DNA of 64,000 nt, taken from positions 32,001-96,000 of IMG/VR virus record IMGVR_UViG_3300020049_006862, one strand, 5' to 3'. Below are positions 48,901-60,022 of the stretch, one piece after another (positions within the stretch are counted from its first letter, which is position 1; each line of letters starts with the position of its first letter). The translations under genes were made by a program, and so were the position numbers. Source of the DNA: a virus. Taxonomy: Duplodnaviria > Caudoviricetes. Below the pieces are notes generated by a model. It saw only the letters and a list, made by a program, of their open reading frames with translations. It did no database searches and was not told the DNA's origin.

Positions 48901-49466
48901 TAGAGTACGATTTTAACTGCGCCTGCAGTGTGGTATAAGTCTCCAACTTGCAAACCGCCAATGTCAGCTGCAGAATTGTCCGCGAACTCCGGAACCCCTA
49001 CTAGATTAATAGCAGTCCTTCCTGCGTCAGAAGACACTTTAACAGCTGCTGGAGTGCCTGTATGGGAATTAGCAATCATCTGTACTGAGCCTTCATCTGC
49101 TGCGCTCATGATATTAATCTCAGCCTCGCCTAACTCATTAGTGTCATTTTCAGCGTCAACTTTGGTCTGCAGAGCAATCTCAGCTAATTGGGTACCGACT
49201 TCGGATACTATCTGGCTTTCACCAGTTACTGGGTTACCAATAAGGTTTTCGAATTCCCCGTCAGTCATAGTAGTCTGTGGAGTAGAAAGTTCGATAGCGC
49301 CGGAAGCAATTTTAGATGTAATCCAGTCTTCCATTCTGATGTCAGAAGCTGCTGCTGTGGCTTTGAACCCTGTTCTACGGCCTGCATTGAAAGGAATAGA
49401 AACGTTGCTTGTTGATCTTTTCAATCGGTCAAACTTAGTCCGATTATCTGTTGTATTAAAAATCAT
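48900..49466 (-). CDS. Fibre/decoration-like virion protein, paralog of 49472..51430
   Basis: Shares N-terminal and C-terminal segments with the upstream gene. Confidence 0.7.
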   Translation of the reverse strand: MIFNTTDNRTKFDRLKRSTSNVSIPFNAGRRTGFKATAAASDIRMEDWITSKIASGAIELSTPQTTMTDGEFENLIGNPVTGESQIVSEVGTQLAEIALQTKVDAENDTNELGEAEINIMSAADEGSVQMIANSHTGTPAAVKVSSDAGRTAINLVGVPEFADNSAADIGGLQVGDLYHTAGAVKIVL

Positions 49467-49471
49467 TTGTT

Positions 49472-51430
49472 TTATAATTTAATCCGGAGTTCTCCGGTTG
49501 CTGTTTGATATATTCGACCCGACGCGAGCCCAAGCACACCTGCTGCAGCTTCGTCTGCCGCAACTGGTAAATTAGTCGCATGTACCTCGTCATCCATCAT
49601 TACTATACCAGTAAAAGTTTTTCATCCGCCAACATTCTGAGTTGACGTAATGTCTACAAAGTCAGCGACATCTATACTAACATAAGTAGGTTCTTTTACT
49701 CTCTTAATAAGGAGAGATAAATCATTAGGATCGCCAGTAAAATTACTTACATCGTCAATTACTTCCCAGATAAAGTCTGGTGAAGAAACATCTCCCGTAT
49801 TTTTATAATAAAGAAGCGCTCCATTAGGAAGTCTGAGATCGTTTGAGGTGTAATTAGTTTCAAGCCATGTTACTATTTCTGCGTCAGTAGGAGCATTAGC
49901 GTCTGCAAAAGACGCAGGGGTAAGAGTAATAGACGAAGCGCCATAAGCAGTTTCTTCTACATCAATGCTTACTACAAGTTCTTTGATTCTGGTGGTTTTA
50001 TCACCGTCCCAAAACCAGCAGTTAGAAGGATTATAAGGATCAGAGCCGGAAGCTTGATAAGTTGGATTGTCAGATGTGCCAGTAAAGATAGTAGTAAATA
50101 TAGTTCCCGGCTGAGCGAGTCCTATAGATTCGTACGTATCCTCTACGATACCCTGCATAACATCTTCTCTAATGATTTTAGCGTCGCCATCTACTGCAGA
50201 GTTTATAGTAGAGGAAGGTACAGCTCTACGCGCAATCTCAAATTGTGGAAGCAAGTGCCATCCCTTATTACTGATACCATCTACACCATAGTAGTGCCAA
50301 TTTCCTGGGGAAGCCTCATCGTTCACAAGTATGAACGGATCAATGGAAGATCCATTACCTTCTATAGAATGATCTGAGAAACCTGTATTTCCAATAATTC
50401 CATCCACATATTCTTTGTCAACTAAAGATCTGTTTACAAAATCGGCAGAATAATCAGCAGCATACAATATGCCGGGGAAACTTCCACCTGTACCAGTTAC
50501 TGTTATAGAGTCAAAACTTATGTCCCAATCTGTAGCTGTAAGATTAACATTTCCCGCACTGTCTATATTGAAAGTATTTCCAGAAATGTTTATGTTTAAT
50601 TCATTGTCAGAAATAATACCGACTGATGTTTCAGAATCAATAGTAATTCCGTACTGAGCTACTAATTCAAGTGTATCCGGAGTTATAGACAGAACTGTAT
50701 TATCAGTGTCATATTGGAAGACTACAGCCGATAAATTTTTATCTTCGATAGCTATTACCGTATCACTGATACTGAGTTCTAAACTGTCGGTGTTAAACGC
50801 AAGTTCGTCATCTCCGAGATGTACAGTATTATCTCCAAGCAATTCTATGTCTACTGTGTCTCCTACAACTGAAAAAAGTCCTTCCTCAATAGTAAATACT
50901 GAGGTTCCAACAGTAAAAGAAAAGCCGGAAGCTGTAATCAACTGATTTATAGGACCTATCTCGAGAGAAATTTGAGAAGGCTGAATCTGGAAGGTGGAAT
51001 CCACCCCAGAGAAAGTAATTCTGTAATTATCTAAATCGACTGTTCTATTACCTGTTAGACTGCCGTTGTCTGTGTAAATAGACGTGTCTATAACAGTAGA
51101 AGCAGTAAAAAATTCTAAACCATCTTCGGTAGCATTTACTCGAAGTAATTGTCCTGTAGTACCGTAGGTTGGCGGTACATCAATAAGATCTATAAACGAC
51201 ACAACTGGATCTGGAGCTACAGGTAATACTATAGTCCCGTCTTCAATTGCGGAATTGATCCATTCCTTCAATTTTATAGAGTAAGAAGGATTACTCTTTC
51301 CTGAAGCAAAAGCTCGTTCAGTTCTAGGGATAAACCTCCCCATGTTTATGGGGAGGTAAATCTCAGAAGGTGAATTTTCCTTAAATGCCTCAATCTTTGC
51401 TCTGTTGTCAGGTAAGATGTAAGTAGGCAT
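49472..51430 (-). CDS. Fibre/decoration-like virion protein, 652 aa; TGA=Trp at 49622
   Basis: SFIDLIDVP..Y...LRVN..EDGLEF, IYTDNGSLTGNRTV, RSLVDKEYVD fibre-type motifs; read-through adds a 50-aa C-terminal segment. Confidence 0.75.
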
Positions 51431-51444
51431 AAAATGAGTTTTTG

Positions 51445-52809
51445 TTAGATACCGTTAACTTTGATTGCAGGTGAACCTACAGAAGCCAACCAAGCATTCA
51501 TGAATGCGTCAAAAGTTGTGATCGTGCCACTACCTGTTGGGATAGCAACAATAGTGCGAGCTGGGATACCAACTTGGTTCGTAATATCCAGTGCTTGAGC
51601 ATTTTCGCTCAACATGTTATACACTACATAATTAGTCGTAGTAGTATAAGGAGAAGGAAATTCGATAATTGGATCTTCAGTCGAGCGAAGAGTATACTTA
51701 CGTTGTCCGTGAGTAGCTTTCCACATCAGATCCAGAACACGTCCTGAACCTTCACCTTCAAACATTTGAACTTCTTCGTTCATATATTCAGTACCTACGA
51801 AACCTGATTTCAAGCCAAGGTTCAAACGTACTTTAACTTGAGGAATGTAATCAACATAAGCCAAAGGCATATCCAAAGCCATAACCATAAACAAATCTGC
51901 CACACCACCAGTAACAGTACCAGCAGTAGTAGTATCAATTGTCAAGATAGACCAGGTTACGTTAGCGATAACATCGCCGAAAGCGGCAACTGCTGCGGCG
52001 CGAAGAGTGGCCAATTGGTCAGCTGTGATTACCCAGTTACGAACGCCATTAGAGCTATTCATTACAGGGATAGTATCACCAGCAGTGATAGTATTAATTA
52101 CTACGCCATCGGAGCCAGTAGAGTCGATCAGAAGAGCGATTACTGGTTCTTGACCTTGCTTACGATTAATTGGAAGCGTCAGGCCCGCAGAATTGCGGTT
52201 AATGTTGAATGTTAAGTTCTGAAGCAGGTGATCAACAGGTTCAGCTGTACCTAAAGTGGTATAGTCAGGCGTCACATACGCAGGATCAAAGTGATGAAGT
52301 GCGTCTGGATTGTAGAACATGTGGTGACGTACACCTTGGTAAGCGATACCGAGAGTATACTCAGTATTGTCCAAAGCAGTAATTGCGCCAGGATCGCCAG
52401 CTGCAGCACCTACTACCCAAGTAGAGAAAGCCGGAGCTGCGTATACTTGCTTAGTTACATAGACGCCATTACGACCAAAGATGTCAGCTGAGCGTACATA
52501 TGGTTCGTTCCACAGCGGATAACGAGCACCAGGCATTTGTGCTGGGTTAGAAGAGTAAGAAGTGCCTTGGGCCAAGAAAATTGCGTTGGCTTCGGCAGAG
52601 GTTGGAGTAGTATCTAAAGCTACGTTCATAGCTACAGTGCCGCGGCCATCTGCGGCGAAAACGCCAATTTGATGATCTGCGAGGCGAACTGCTCCGGTAG
52701 CGGTATTATTGATGTGGTTCCCACCGCCAGCGGTGTTATACAGAGCTACATCAGCTGATACCAAGTGAGTTTCGTTTGCGCGGAGATTTCCGCTACGATT
52801 TGCGAACAT
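51445..52809 (-). CDS. Conserved structural protein (auxiliary capsid-like)
   Basis: 454-aa Ala/Gly/Thr-rich ORF, third gene after the capsid gene when the holin-like insert is ignored; EGEGSG motif. Confidence 0.6.
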   Translation of the reverse strand: MFANRSGNLRANETHLVSADVALYNTAGGGNHINNTATGAVRLADHQIGVFAADGRGTVAMNVALDTTPTSAEANAIFLAQGTSYSSNPAQMPGARYPLWNEPYVRSADIFGRNGVYVTKQVYAAPAFSTWVVGAAAGDPGAITALDNTEYTLGIAYQGVRHHMFYNPDALHHFDPAYVTPDYTTLGTAEPVDHLLQNLTFNINRNSAGLTLPINRKQGQEPVIALLIDSTGSDGVVINTITAGDTIPVMNSSNGVRNWVITADQLATLRAAAVAAFGDVIANVTWSILTIDTTTAGTVTGGVADLFMVMALDMPLAYVDYIPQVKVRLNLGLKSGFVGTEYMNEEVQMFEGEGSGRVLDLMWKATHGQRKYTLRSTEDPIIEFPSPYTTTTNYVVYNMLSENAQALDITNQVGIPARTIVAIPTGSGTITTFDAFMNAWLASVGSPAIKVNGI

Positions 52810-52830
52810 ACTATTAATAGTAATTGTTAA

Positions 52831-53526
52831 TTATTCGTTATCTCTATCTCTCATCATATGAAGCTGCGCAAGCGTAGATTCGTCGGAGGAAAGAGAAACG
52901 GCTTTATCCACTATTTCATCGTGAATAATAGCATCTAAATCCGAACTTTGTTCGGGATAAGTTATTCCATCAAGATAAGTATATGTCCCTAAAGACAGTC
53001 TTGCTGGTGTTTTTAAATATTCTACACGTAAAGTACCTATGGATTGCCCAGGCAGTGGATACATGTAGAGCGAAGAGCCCACGGAAGACGAGCTTCGTCC
53101 GAAATTATAAGCCACTTTTTCAGAAAAAGGACTTGAAAGATGATCGTCTAAATCATCATGTTGGACGAACGTCAAAGCAATATATTTATCACAGTCTGAT
53201 AGTCCTGCAGCCCCTCTTACGAAATATAAATATTCGTATTTAAGAGAGGTTAGAGGTACTTCTAATAGGCCATCATGAACAGTCGGAATTAATTCTGGTT
53301 GCTCTGGATACTTTATTAATAGTGATTTTAAATCGTCAGTTCTCTTTTGAGAAGCTTCTAGACCATCGCCAGACGCATTTCTATTTCCTAAGCGCGACTT
53401 AACCACCTTAGTAGTGGCCATATTAAGCAGCCAGTCTACTTCTGAATCTAAAAAATTCAGTTTAGTAGCTGATGCTACAGAATCCCGTTTAATGTGGAAA
53501 TCGTAATGCATTTCTCTAATAGTCAT
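52831..53526 (-). CDS. Head-tail ring protein
   Basis: MTIREMHYDF...EVDWLLN...E..QKRTDDLKSL...YLKTP...HDEIVDKAV pattern of the conserved crAss structural gene. Confidence 0.75.
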   Translation of the reverse strand: MTIREMHYDFHIKRDSVASATKLNFLDSEVDWLLNMATTKVVKSRLGNRNASGDGLEASQKRTDDLKSLLIKYPEQPELIPTVHDGLLEVPLTSLKYEYLYFVRGAAGLSDCDKYIALTFVQHDDLDDHLSSPFSEKVAYNFGRSSSSVGSSLYMYPLPGQSIGTLRVEYLKTPARLSLGTYTYLDGITYPEQSSDLDAIIHDEIVDKAVSLSSDESTLAQLHMMRDRDNE

Positions 53527-54509
53527 TATTCGATAATTTTAGAGTTTATCTCCTTAACTAGATCTTCAATAATGGTAGCTTTCTTTGGATTGAGAATAAA
53601 GTTGATAGCCTCCGCATAAGTTTCTCCAACAACTATTGGGCCTGTTGCCTTGTTGTAGGTATAACTGCCTTGCTTCTCATAAATGATGCGGCAATCTACC
53701 GCCCTTTTAAGCAGGTAGCGAGCTTCAATTTCATCGCGTCCAGTGGCTGTTTGCATTAGTACATATAACTCTTCGAACTTGTCCAAGTTCGAACCTTGAT
53801 TAAATGTTGTTTTGTCGATAAATGAGAAAAGAATGTTGTGTATTTGTTCTTTGGTAAGATTAGTTCTAGAACTAGCTTGATCCAAAACAATAACAAATCT
53901 CTTTTTCATTTCATCGGTCATCTCAAGTGAGTGCAATGCTGCAAAAGCTTTAGACTTGCGTTCATTCTTTTGGTACTTCAATGAATCTTCTTCACTTTCC
54001 AGAGCAATATACCATCTTGCATCCGGCCATTTATGCGCACGATATTCGGTTTCGGAGTTTGCAATAAACTTAGAATCCAGGTAGACATAATAAGCCATAG
54101 CATCATCGAATTTAGATAGATCTAAAACTGTGCAGCCGTCTTTTAATTTCCAGGATGTTCTTTGGAAGTAAGTCCATTTGTCTTCTGGTAATTTCCACTC
54201 CGCTCTTTGAAGAGGCCGGTTGGTCAAATAGCCCTTGGGCAAGCCCCAACGTTGCTCCTCACGATCTTGGAGAGTCAGACGATTGTTTTCAGTATCAGTT
54301 TTTTGAATTCCATTTTCTATTCAAGGCTTGTAAGATAGTCCATTTTTCAGACCACCGTGTTGAGGGGAATAAAAAGCCTGTACACCATCTTTGCAGTGAC
54401 CCATTTTAGTCTTTTTAAGTTTCTTCCCCGTAGAAGAGCTAATCCACTCTGATAAACCTGTTGCAGTTTCTCGAGGGACGCTGTAAATAAATACTTTACT
54501 GTTATTCAT
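53526..54509 (-). CDS. Conserved crAss structural protein, 327 aa; TGA=Trp at 54321
   Basis: ORFs 54321..54509 and 53526..54242 join in frame; LKDG.TVLDLS and G.T..EAINFILNPK motifs. Confidence 0.75.
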
Positions 54510-54520
54510 ATTAGATTTTT

Positions 54521-54877
54521 TTACTCCTTCTCTTTTTTGGAGTCCTCATCCGTAATTTCGGAGAGTATTTTTTGTGCTTTCTTTGCACTTATCACTGTAA
54601 GCTTCTTGACTATGGCTAATGCCCAATCAATTAAGTGCATACCTGTAAGTCCAACTAAGAAAGCTACACCATCGTTTAGTTGGTTATATTCTGCTTCTAG
54701 AACTCTAGAAGCTAAGTGACTTAGCGGATCAGTAAGGTATGCTGCCATAAGAGTACCGGAAAAAATATAACTAAAGGCTAACCAAAAGTTCATTTTTTGT
54801 TTACTCCGCAGCAGCATTACCGTACCACCTGCTGCGCCCGCTAGAGCAGCATTTAATTTCATGTTTAAGAAAAACAT
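54521..54877 (-). CDS. Putative holin-like membrane protein (three predicted TM segments)
   Basis: AGAAGG.V, FSGTLMAAYL, VAFLVGLTG hydrophobic segments; charged C-terminal tail. Confidence 0.55.
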   Translation of the reverse strand: MFFLNMKLNAALAGAAGGTVMLLRSKQKMNFWLAFSYIFSGTLMAAYLTDPLSHLASRVLEAEYNQLNDGVAFLVGLTGMHLIDWALAIVKKLTVISAKKAQKILSEITDEDSKKEKE

Positions 54878-54909
54878 AGCGGGGGAAGTTTTTTTAAACT
54901 AGCCTAGGG

Positions 54910-57900
54910 CTAGTCAAAATCATAAATCAATTCCGGGATTTGTTATCGTAAAGGCTTTTTATCCTCTACTTCTTACACTTCTTGTTCGTGTAAGTCCAGC
55001 ATATATTTTCCCTCTATAAAGAGGGTCGAGCACTCGTGGGAGAATTATATTTATTCATCTCCTATGCGTTACACTGTTTCTGAACCTTTCGTAATTTCAG
55101 AACTTAGCACGGTATTGGGAATCTCACCGTTCACCGTTTTTGCTCGATTTTTGACTGAGGCAAATTTCATAAGCCTGATTATATAGTTGTTAAATTCTTC
55201 GAGACTTGAATTCGATTTAGCCCTATTGCAGAATTTGCAAGATGGGGCAACATTGCCTTGAACATACCCTTTAGAAGAGTCTATTCTGTCAACGCCGTTA
55301 TGAGGTATTGAAGCTTGGCAATTTGTTTTCCTGTGTATCTGTGAAGGTTTGATACCACAGTAAGAGCATGGACTAACTATCAGAGAACGAAACTCATCTT
55401 GAGTTATTGTAAATTCTCTATTATCTTTTTTTGCACGGGCACGATAACGAACATATAAACCTCTAACATCACAATCATAAGGATCTGTGTAGTAAAATTT
55501 ATGTATATGTCCACAAGATTTGGACTTAAGATTTTTTACCGCGTCCCATTGCACTTTAAATATAGTGCCGCAAGAACATTTAACTTCCACTACAGGAATT
55601 TTATAATCTTTAAGTTTATCTTTTTTTAATGTGTATCCAGGAAAACTAAGAACTGTTAGTTCATTATATTTAAGTCCTATGAATTCTTTATAATCAGTCG
55701 TATTGTACATTTCGCTTTCAACGAAATTTTTAGGTTGTTTTTTTAATTTCAACATTTATTACAATAATTTGAGTTTTGTACATACCACAGCGTGTTACGT
55801 CTTTGATCCAGATACCAAAAGAGTCCTGTACAAAGATTTCGTAAGCACCGATTAAGCCAGCAACAGAAGCACCTTTAGCAGGGCCTGTTGGAGTCCAGGT
55901 ACCGTCGATGTGTCCCCAGCGGAAAGTGTTCTCAGTTTTCAGAACAGAGATGTTGTTGTCAACACCGTCAGAACCGAAGTCCAAGAAAGTCATACGCATA
56001 GAGTCAATTGGATACTCAGGGTATTGTGGGTGCATACGCTTGCAAGCTTTACGAGAATCGTAAAGTGGGTTACGCATAAGTGATACCTCAATACCTTCTG
56101 GGCCGTACATGGACCATTCGCATGAGCTCGTTAAACTCATACCGTACAGTTGTATCAATTCTGTACTGCTTTATGTTGCCATAAAGATTAGACTATATCA
56201 TCCTCAAAAATGAGGGTTCCCGTTTCGAGCCACTTGGCTCTACCATTATGTAAAGATTTTAAAGTAAGAGGTTTAATTCTAAGTTTGTGCTGCATAGAAT
56301 CCACTCTTCGGACATAAGGTTCTACTATTTTTATAAATTTTCTTGCTTCTCTAGTGCCACAACAAAGTTCGTAGTAAGCATTCTTTTTAACTTGATAAAA
56401 ACTAACTTTTCATACTTCATTAAAGTAATCTATAATTAATTGATTTTCTTCCTTAGATATGTTGGTATGAAGTCGGAGCATTGTTGCTCTTGTTGAACCA
56501 TCAGGATATTTTAACATCCCTAATGAGCCATCATCCATGTATCATATTGCAAGTCCTAAAGCATTGAGCTTATTTAACTGTTTGCGATTAGCAATTTTTT
56601 TAACTGGTCTATATAATATTTTTCTATATAGCTTAGTAAATTTATAAACGTTAGTTGTAAACCGATAAGCAGGAAAACCGTTAGATGTTAGAAATTTAAT
56701 TTCTGACGTTTTTATACCAGATTTTCTTAACAATTTAGCTTTCCATTCCAAGTAATCTTTCTGCTTTTCACAGTGCTGTACTCGGAGCTGTCCGTATTTA
56801 TCTAGGTTCCCATCTCCTAATATCATACTTAAGAATAAGTGTCGGGATTTTTCTTTAATCTTTGTCATACAAGTTCGAATACATATAGTATCGATTTTTT
56901 ATTTTTTAGTCGTTGAACCTTCCTCCTATAGGAGGCTTGGCTGCTGATTGTCCCGGAGGGAGATCCCAGCAATTAAAGAACTTTAATCACTACCACGGAG
57001 TAGAAATAGTGAGTGTACTGCGCACCAAAAGAAAGGTGGCGTGGGTCGCCATCGCCAGCAGAACGAGTGAAGTGGCTATCTACAGTCAAGAAAGAAGAAG
57101 CTTCGGAAGCGAGCATGTCGTGGAACATTATTGCAAAAATCTTCGAGTAGAATCGTTAATTCTACCCCGGCTTTTTTAAGCCTGCTATATATTACTATAT
57201 AGATGAGATCATATCATCCTCTTCAATTGAAGAGGTTTCCTGTTTCGGAGCACTTGCTCCTACTCCCTTTCGGGATGATCGTTGAGCGTCATACTTAGAA
57301 ATCCTTTTGCATTGAATTAAAAACTCTTTGACAGTTTGATCTCTTTTCATATAATTACAAACATTGCAACAAGCTACCGAATTATCATCAGTATAACCGC
57401 AAGTGTTATCCATTCTGTCTACTCCATTATAATATAATGGGTCTCCAGTTAGTTTATCTTTACGACTGTTTGATTTTGTTTTGCCGCAATAAAGGCAAGG
57501 AGAAAGTATTAGTTTGGTAAAAACTTCTCTTGAGAGTTCAAAAGAGTAGTTACGATCTAAAGATGCTTTCTTATAAGCATTATAGATGTATCTATATCTT
57601 TCGACATCTGTTCTGTTATCCCTATACGTTTTTACAGAACAAGAATTACAACCTACAAAACCCCTTTTATCAAAGTATCTTTGCTTATAAGCAAGATCTT
57701 TAGAAGTCATAGAAAGTTTTTTACCGCATGAACATTGTACTTCTCAAGTACCATGCCCATTATCTAACCACTTGGTTATTGTTAATTTTCCTAGTTTTTG
57801 TCCTAATTTCATTTGTATCATAATAAGTATTTTCGTTGCTGATTGTCCTCCTATTTCTAGGGTGGGAGATCCCAGCAGTTAAGGAAATTTTTCGACTTAC

Positions 57901-60022
57901 CTCACGATAAGAAGGGCCCAATGTGTTAAGCCTAATGTACCAGTGATCGCAGTTACTTTACGATTGTTAACGTTTTCACGAGAGAAGAAGATATCCATCA
58001 GATAATCTTTCAAGCGAGAAACAGTCAAAGCAGAATTGTAATATTCGCAATTATTATTATTCAGTTAGAGTCGTTAATTCTAACTCGGGAATGGTTACCC
58101 AGCTCATAGTTTCCTATGAGATTAGACTATATCATTTTCCTGTAGATGTTTATCTAAGGAAATTTCTCATTTCGAGTCACTTGACTCTACTCCCTTTCGG
58201 GATAGTCGTTGAAGGTTCCAATCATAAATTTTTTCTATATGCTTAAGAAAATCTTTAGGAGATTTAGTATACTTAGCTAGATTACAGTTTTGACAACAAG
58301 GTACTACATTATCTTGTATGTATCCTAAATTGTTGTCAAGTCTATCTATTCCAGTATAATTATAGGTCATTAGTGATGTTCTAATACAGGTATTAGTTGG
58401 TTTATCTCCACAGTATACACAAGAAGACGAAAACAATTTCGCTGCCTCCTCTAATGATAACGTAAATTCTAAACCTCTGTTTTTAGCACTTTTCCTATAT
58501 CTACAATATATAGTAGAATATTTTTCAGCACTGTTCATCTTTTGATCTCTTAAGAAGTCGTATCTACATTTTTGACATCCTGCAAAGCCTAGCTTTGCTA
58601 ATGACATACACGCTCTTGAAACAAAAGTAGTCGGGCCTTTAGCTGTATTTCCACAAGAACATTTTAGTATATATTGTCCTTTGTGACCTATTACAGTAAA
58701 TTCACCTATTTTAGTGCCTATTGGATATTTCATAATTTATTTTTTAGCTTCCCTGCTGATTGCCCCTATTTTTAGAATTGTTACAGTTTATTGTATCTAA
58801 AACTTAGCGGGGGGTCCCAGCAATTAGAGAAATTATTCGATTACTATTACTAGTAAAAGGGACCAAATATTAATCCAAGAATCTTTAAGTTGTTCGCGTA
58901 CACCTGGCAGTGTGTTGTTCCCTTTCGTTCGTTAAACGAAAGGCGTACTATCCAACTTTAAATAGTACTGCCTTATATTACTATAAGGATCAGGTCATAT
59001 CACCTTCCTATTAGGAAGTTTCCCGTTTCGGATTCACTTGAATCCTACGCCATAAAGGCTGACCGTCGAACGTTCCCTTTTCAGGGCTTCGCTGCTGATT
59101 GTCCTCTTCATAAGAAGTAGGAGATCCCAGACAATTAGAGAAATTTGCAATATTGTATTACTACAATATGGGGCCCAATTTGACCCGTTTTGATCCAGTA
59201 GCCTGACTGCGAAGGACGAGTTTGCTTGATACCTAACCAACCTTGATATTCCTGAGACATGTACATTTCAGAGTACATGCGAGATTCAGCCATAGGAAGG
59301 AAAGAGTTAACTTTCTTCATCTTCTGAGTGTGAGGATCAGTGTACAGGAATTCTACGCCCAATCGGCCGCCTTCTCTCCAAGCTTTGTCAGTGATCGTCA
59401 GTTTCTGAGCGAATTCACCAATTTGGCTTTCCAGTTTGAACAGGTTAGGAGATTGTTGTGTACCGAAGTATGGGTTAGCTTCTTGCTGAACAGAGGTCCA
59501 TCCTTTAGAAAATTCACGACCTACTTCCAAAAGTGAAGGAGGGCAGAAAACTGTAGGATTGTCACCTTGCAGTTCGAGGGTGTAGATGTAACCTGTGCCA
59601 TCTGGAACAGAATCACCGATGATAGCCATCGGGTAAGAGTTATCTTCACCAAGCAGAACATCTGGTTGTGCGTAATAGTCGATGTCCAATTTTACACGGA
59701 AACGTGTATTGTTTAAGCCCGGAGCGTCGTTGCCTGCTTCGAGATTCTCGAGAACAATAGCAATACGTTCTTCAGCTCCCTGCATAGTCCAGCGGAACAC
59801 ATCGCTGTTGATCATTTGAACATTGCCTGGGTTGATACCTTGAGCAGTCAGCAATTTACCTGTGAACAGGTCTGACTGAGAAGAATAAATTTTTGTGAGG
59901 GTGCCCATGAATTCATGCGGCTTGCCCGTGTCATAAGCAGCGCCAAGATAATTGGAGTCGATAAAATTACCCCCAAATCCTTGGTAGTGCTTGATAATCA
60001 TGTTACTTCTAGCGCTAGCCAT
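54910..60022 (-). CDS. Major capsid protein, 489 aa after splicing six exons: 60022-59183, 58907-58873, 58047-57929, 57133-57006, 56107-55784, 54933-54910
   Basis: Exons join in frame (IKTG|PGVREQLKDSWI|EYYN...TGTLG|SIMFH...FGAQYTHY|YGPEGIEV...DVTRCG|ELIYDFD*). Position follows portal and scaffold genes. Confidence 0.9.
54934..55783 (-). mobile_element. Group I intron 5 of the capsid gene (850 nt; endonuclease ORF in the P1 loop)
   Basis: 5' exon ends in U, intron ends in G; P1 CTGTGGT/GCCTCAG, P3 TCGAGC/GCTCGA, P7 GCATA/TATGC. Confidence 0.8.
55069..55755 (-). CDS. Intron-encoded HNH-type homing endonuclease
   Basis: CSCG, CSYCG, NGVDRIDSSKGY..GNV..C..CN.AK. Confidence 0.88.
   Translation of the reverse strand: MLKLKKQPKNFVESEMYNTTDYKEFIGLKYNELTVLSFPGYTLKKDKLKDYKIPVVEVKCSCGTIFKVQWDAVKNLKSKSCGHIHKFYYTDPYDCDVRGLYVRYRARAKKDNREFTITQDEFRSLIVSPCSYCGIKPSQIHRKTNCQASIPHNGVDRIDSSKGYVQGNVAPSCKFCNRAKSNSSLEEFNNYIIRLMKFASVKNRAKTVNGEIPNTVLSSEITKGSETV
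56108..57005 (-). mobile_element. Group I intron 4 of the capsid gene (898 nt)
   Basis: P1 CACTAT/GTAGTG, P10 TACGG/CCGTG, AATTGCTGGG...AATCAGCAG core, P7 GACTA/TAGTC, terminal G. Confidence 0.88.
56188..56868 (-). CDS. Intron-encoded LAGLIDADG homing endonuclease, 226 aa; TGA=Trp at 56542 and 56410
   Basis: SMILGDG, Q.DYL.WK and LGLAI-W-YMDDGS motifs. Confidence 0.88.
57134..57928 (-). mobile_element. Group I intron 3 of the capsid gene (795 nt)
   Basis: P1 GGCT/GGCC, P10 CAAT/ATTG, P3 TTTCCT/AGGAAA, P7 GATCA/TGATC, terminal G. Confidence 0.88.
57195..57821 (-). CDS. Intron-encoded HNH-type homing endonuclease, 208 aa; TGA=Trp at 57744
   Basis: GQKLGKLTI...GT-W-EVQCSCG N-terminus joins track ORF 57195..57710 (CLYCG, NGVDRMDN..GY..DN..ACC..CN.MK). 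Confidence 0.85.
58048..58872 (-). mobile_element. Group I intron 2 of the capsid gene (825 nt)
   Basis: P1 GGAT/GTCC, P10 CGAATAT/ATATTTG, P3 TTTCTC/GAGAAA, P7 GACTA/TAGTC, terminal G. Confidence 0.88.
58122..58733 (-). CDS. Intron-encoded HNH-type homing endonuclease (ends 58167 if TGA is a stop, 58122 if Trp)
   Basis: CSCG, CVYCG, GIDRLDNNLGY..DNVVPCC..CN.AK. Confidence 0.85.
58908..59182 (-). mobile_element. Group I intron 1 of the capsid gene (275 nt, no ORF)
   Basis: P1 GGGT/GCCC, AATCAGCAG core, P3 TTTCTC/GGGAAA, P7 GGTCA/TGACC, terminal G. Confidence 0.88.

Noticed and set aside
11015-53243. Many 60-184 aa + strand ORFs opposite the virion genes
   Set aside because: They lie fully antisense to long coding frames and show no recognisable motifs; expected from codon bias.
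55730-56158. Track ORF 55730..56158 as a stand-alone gene
   Set aside because: It is capsid exon 5 plus flanking sequence from introns 4 and 5.
59034-59240. ORF overlapping intron 1 as a homing endonuclease remnant
   Set aside because: It starts in exon 1 in another frame and has no nuclease motifs; intron 1 is essentially ribozyme core only.
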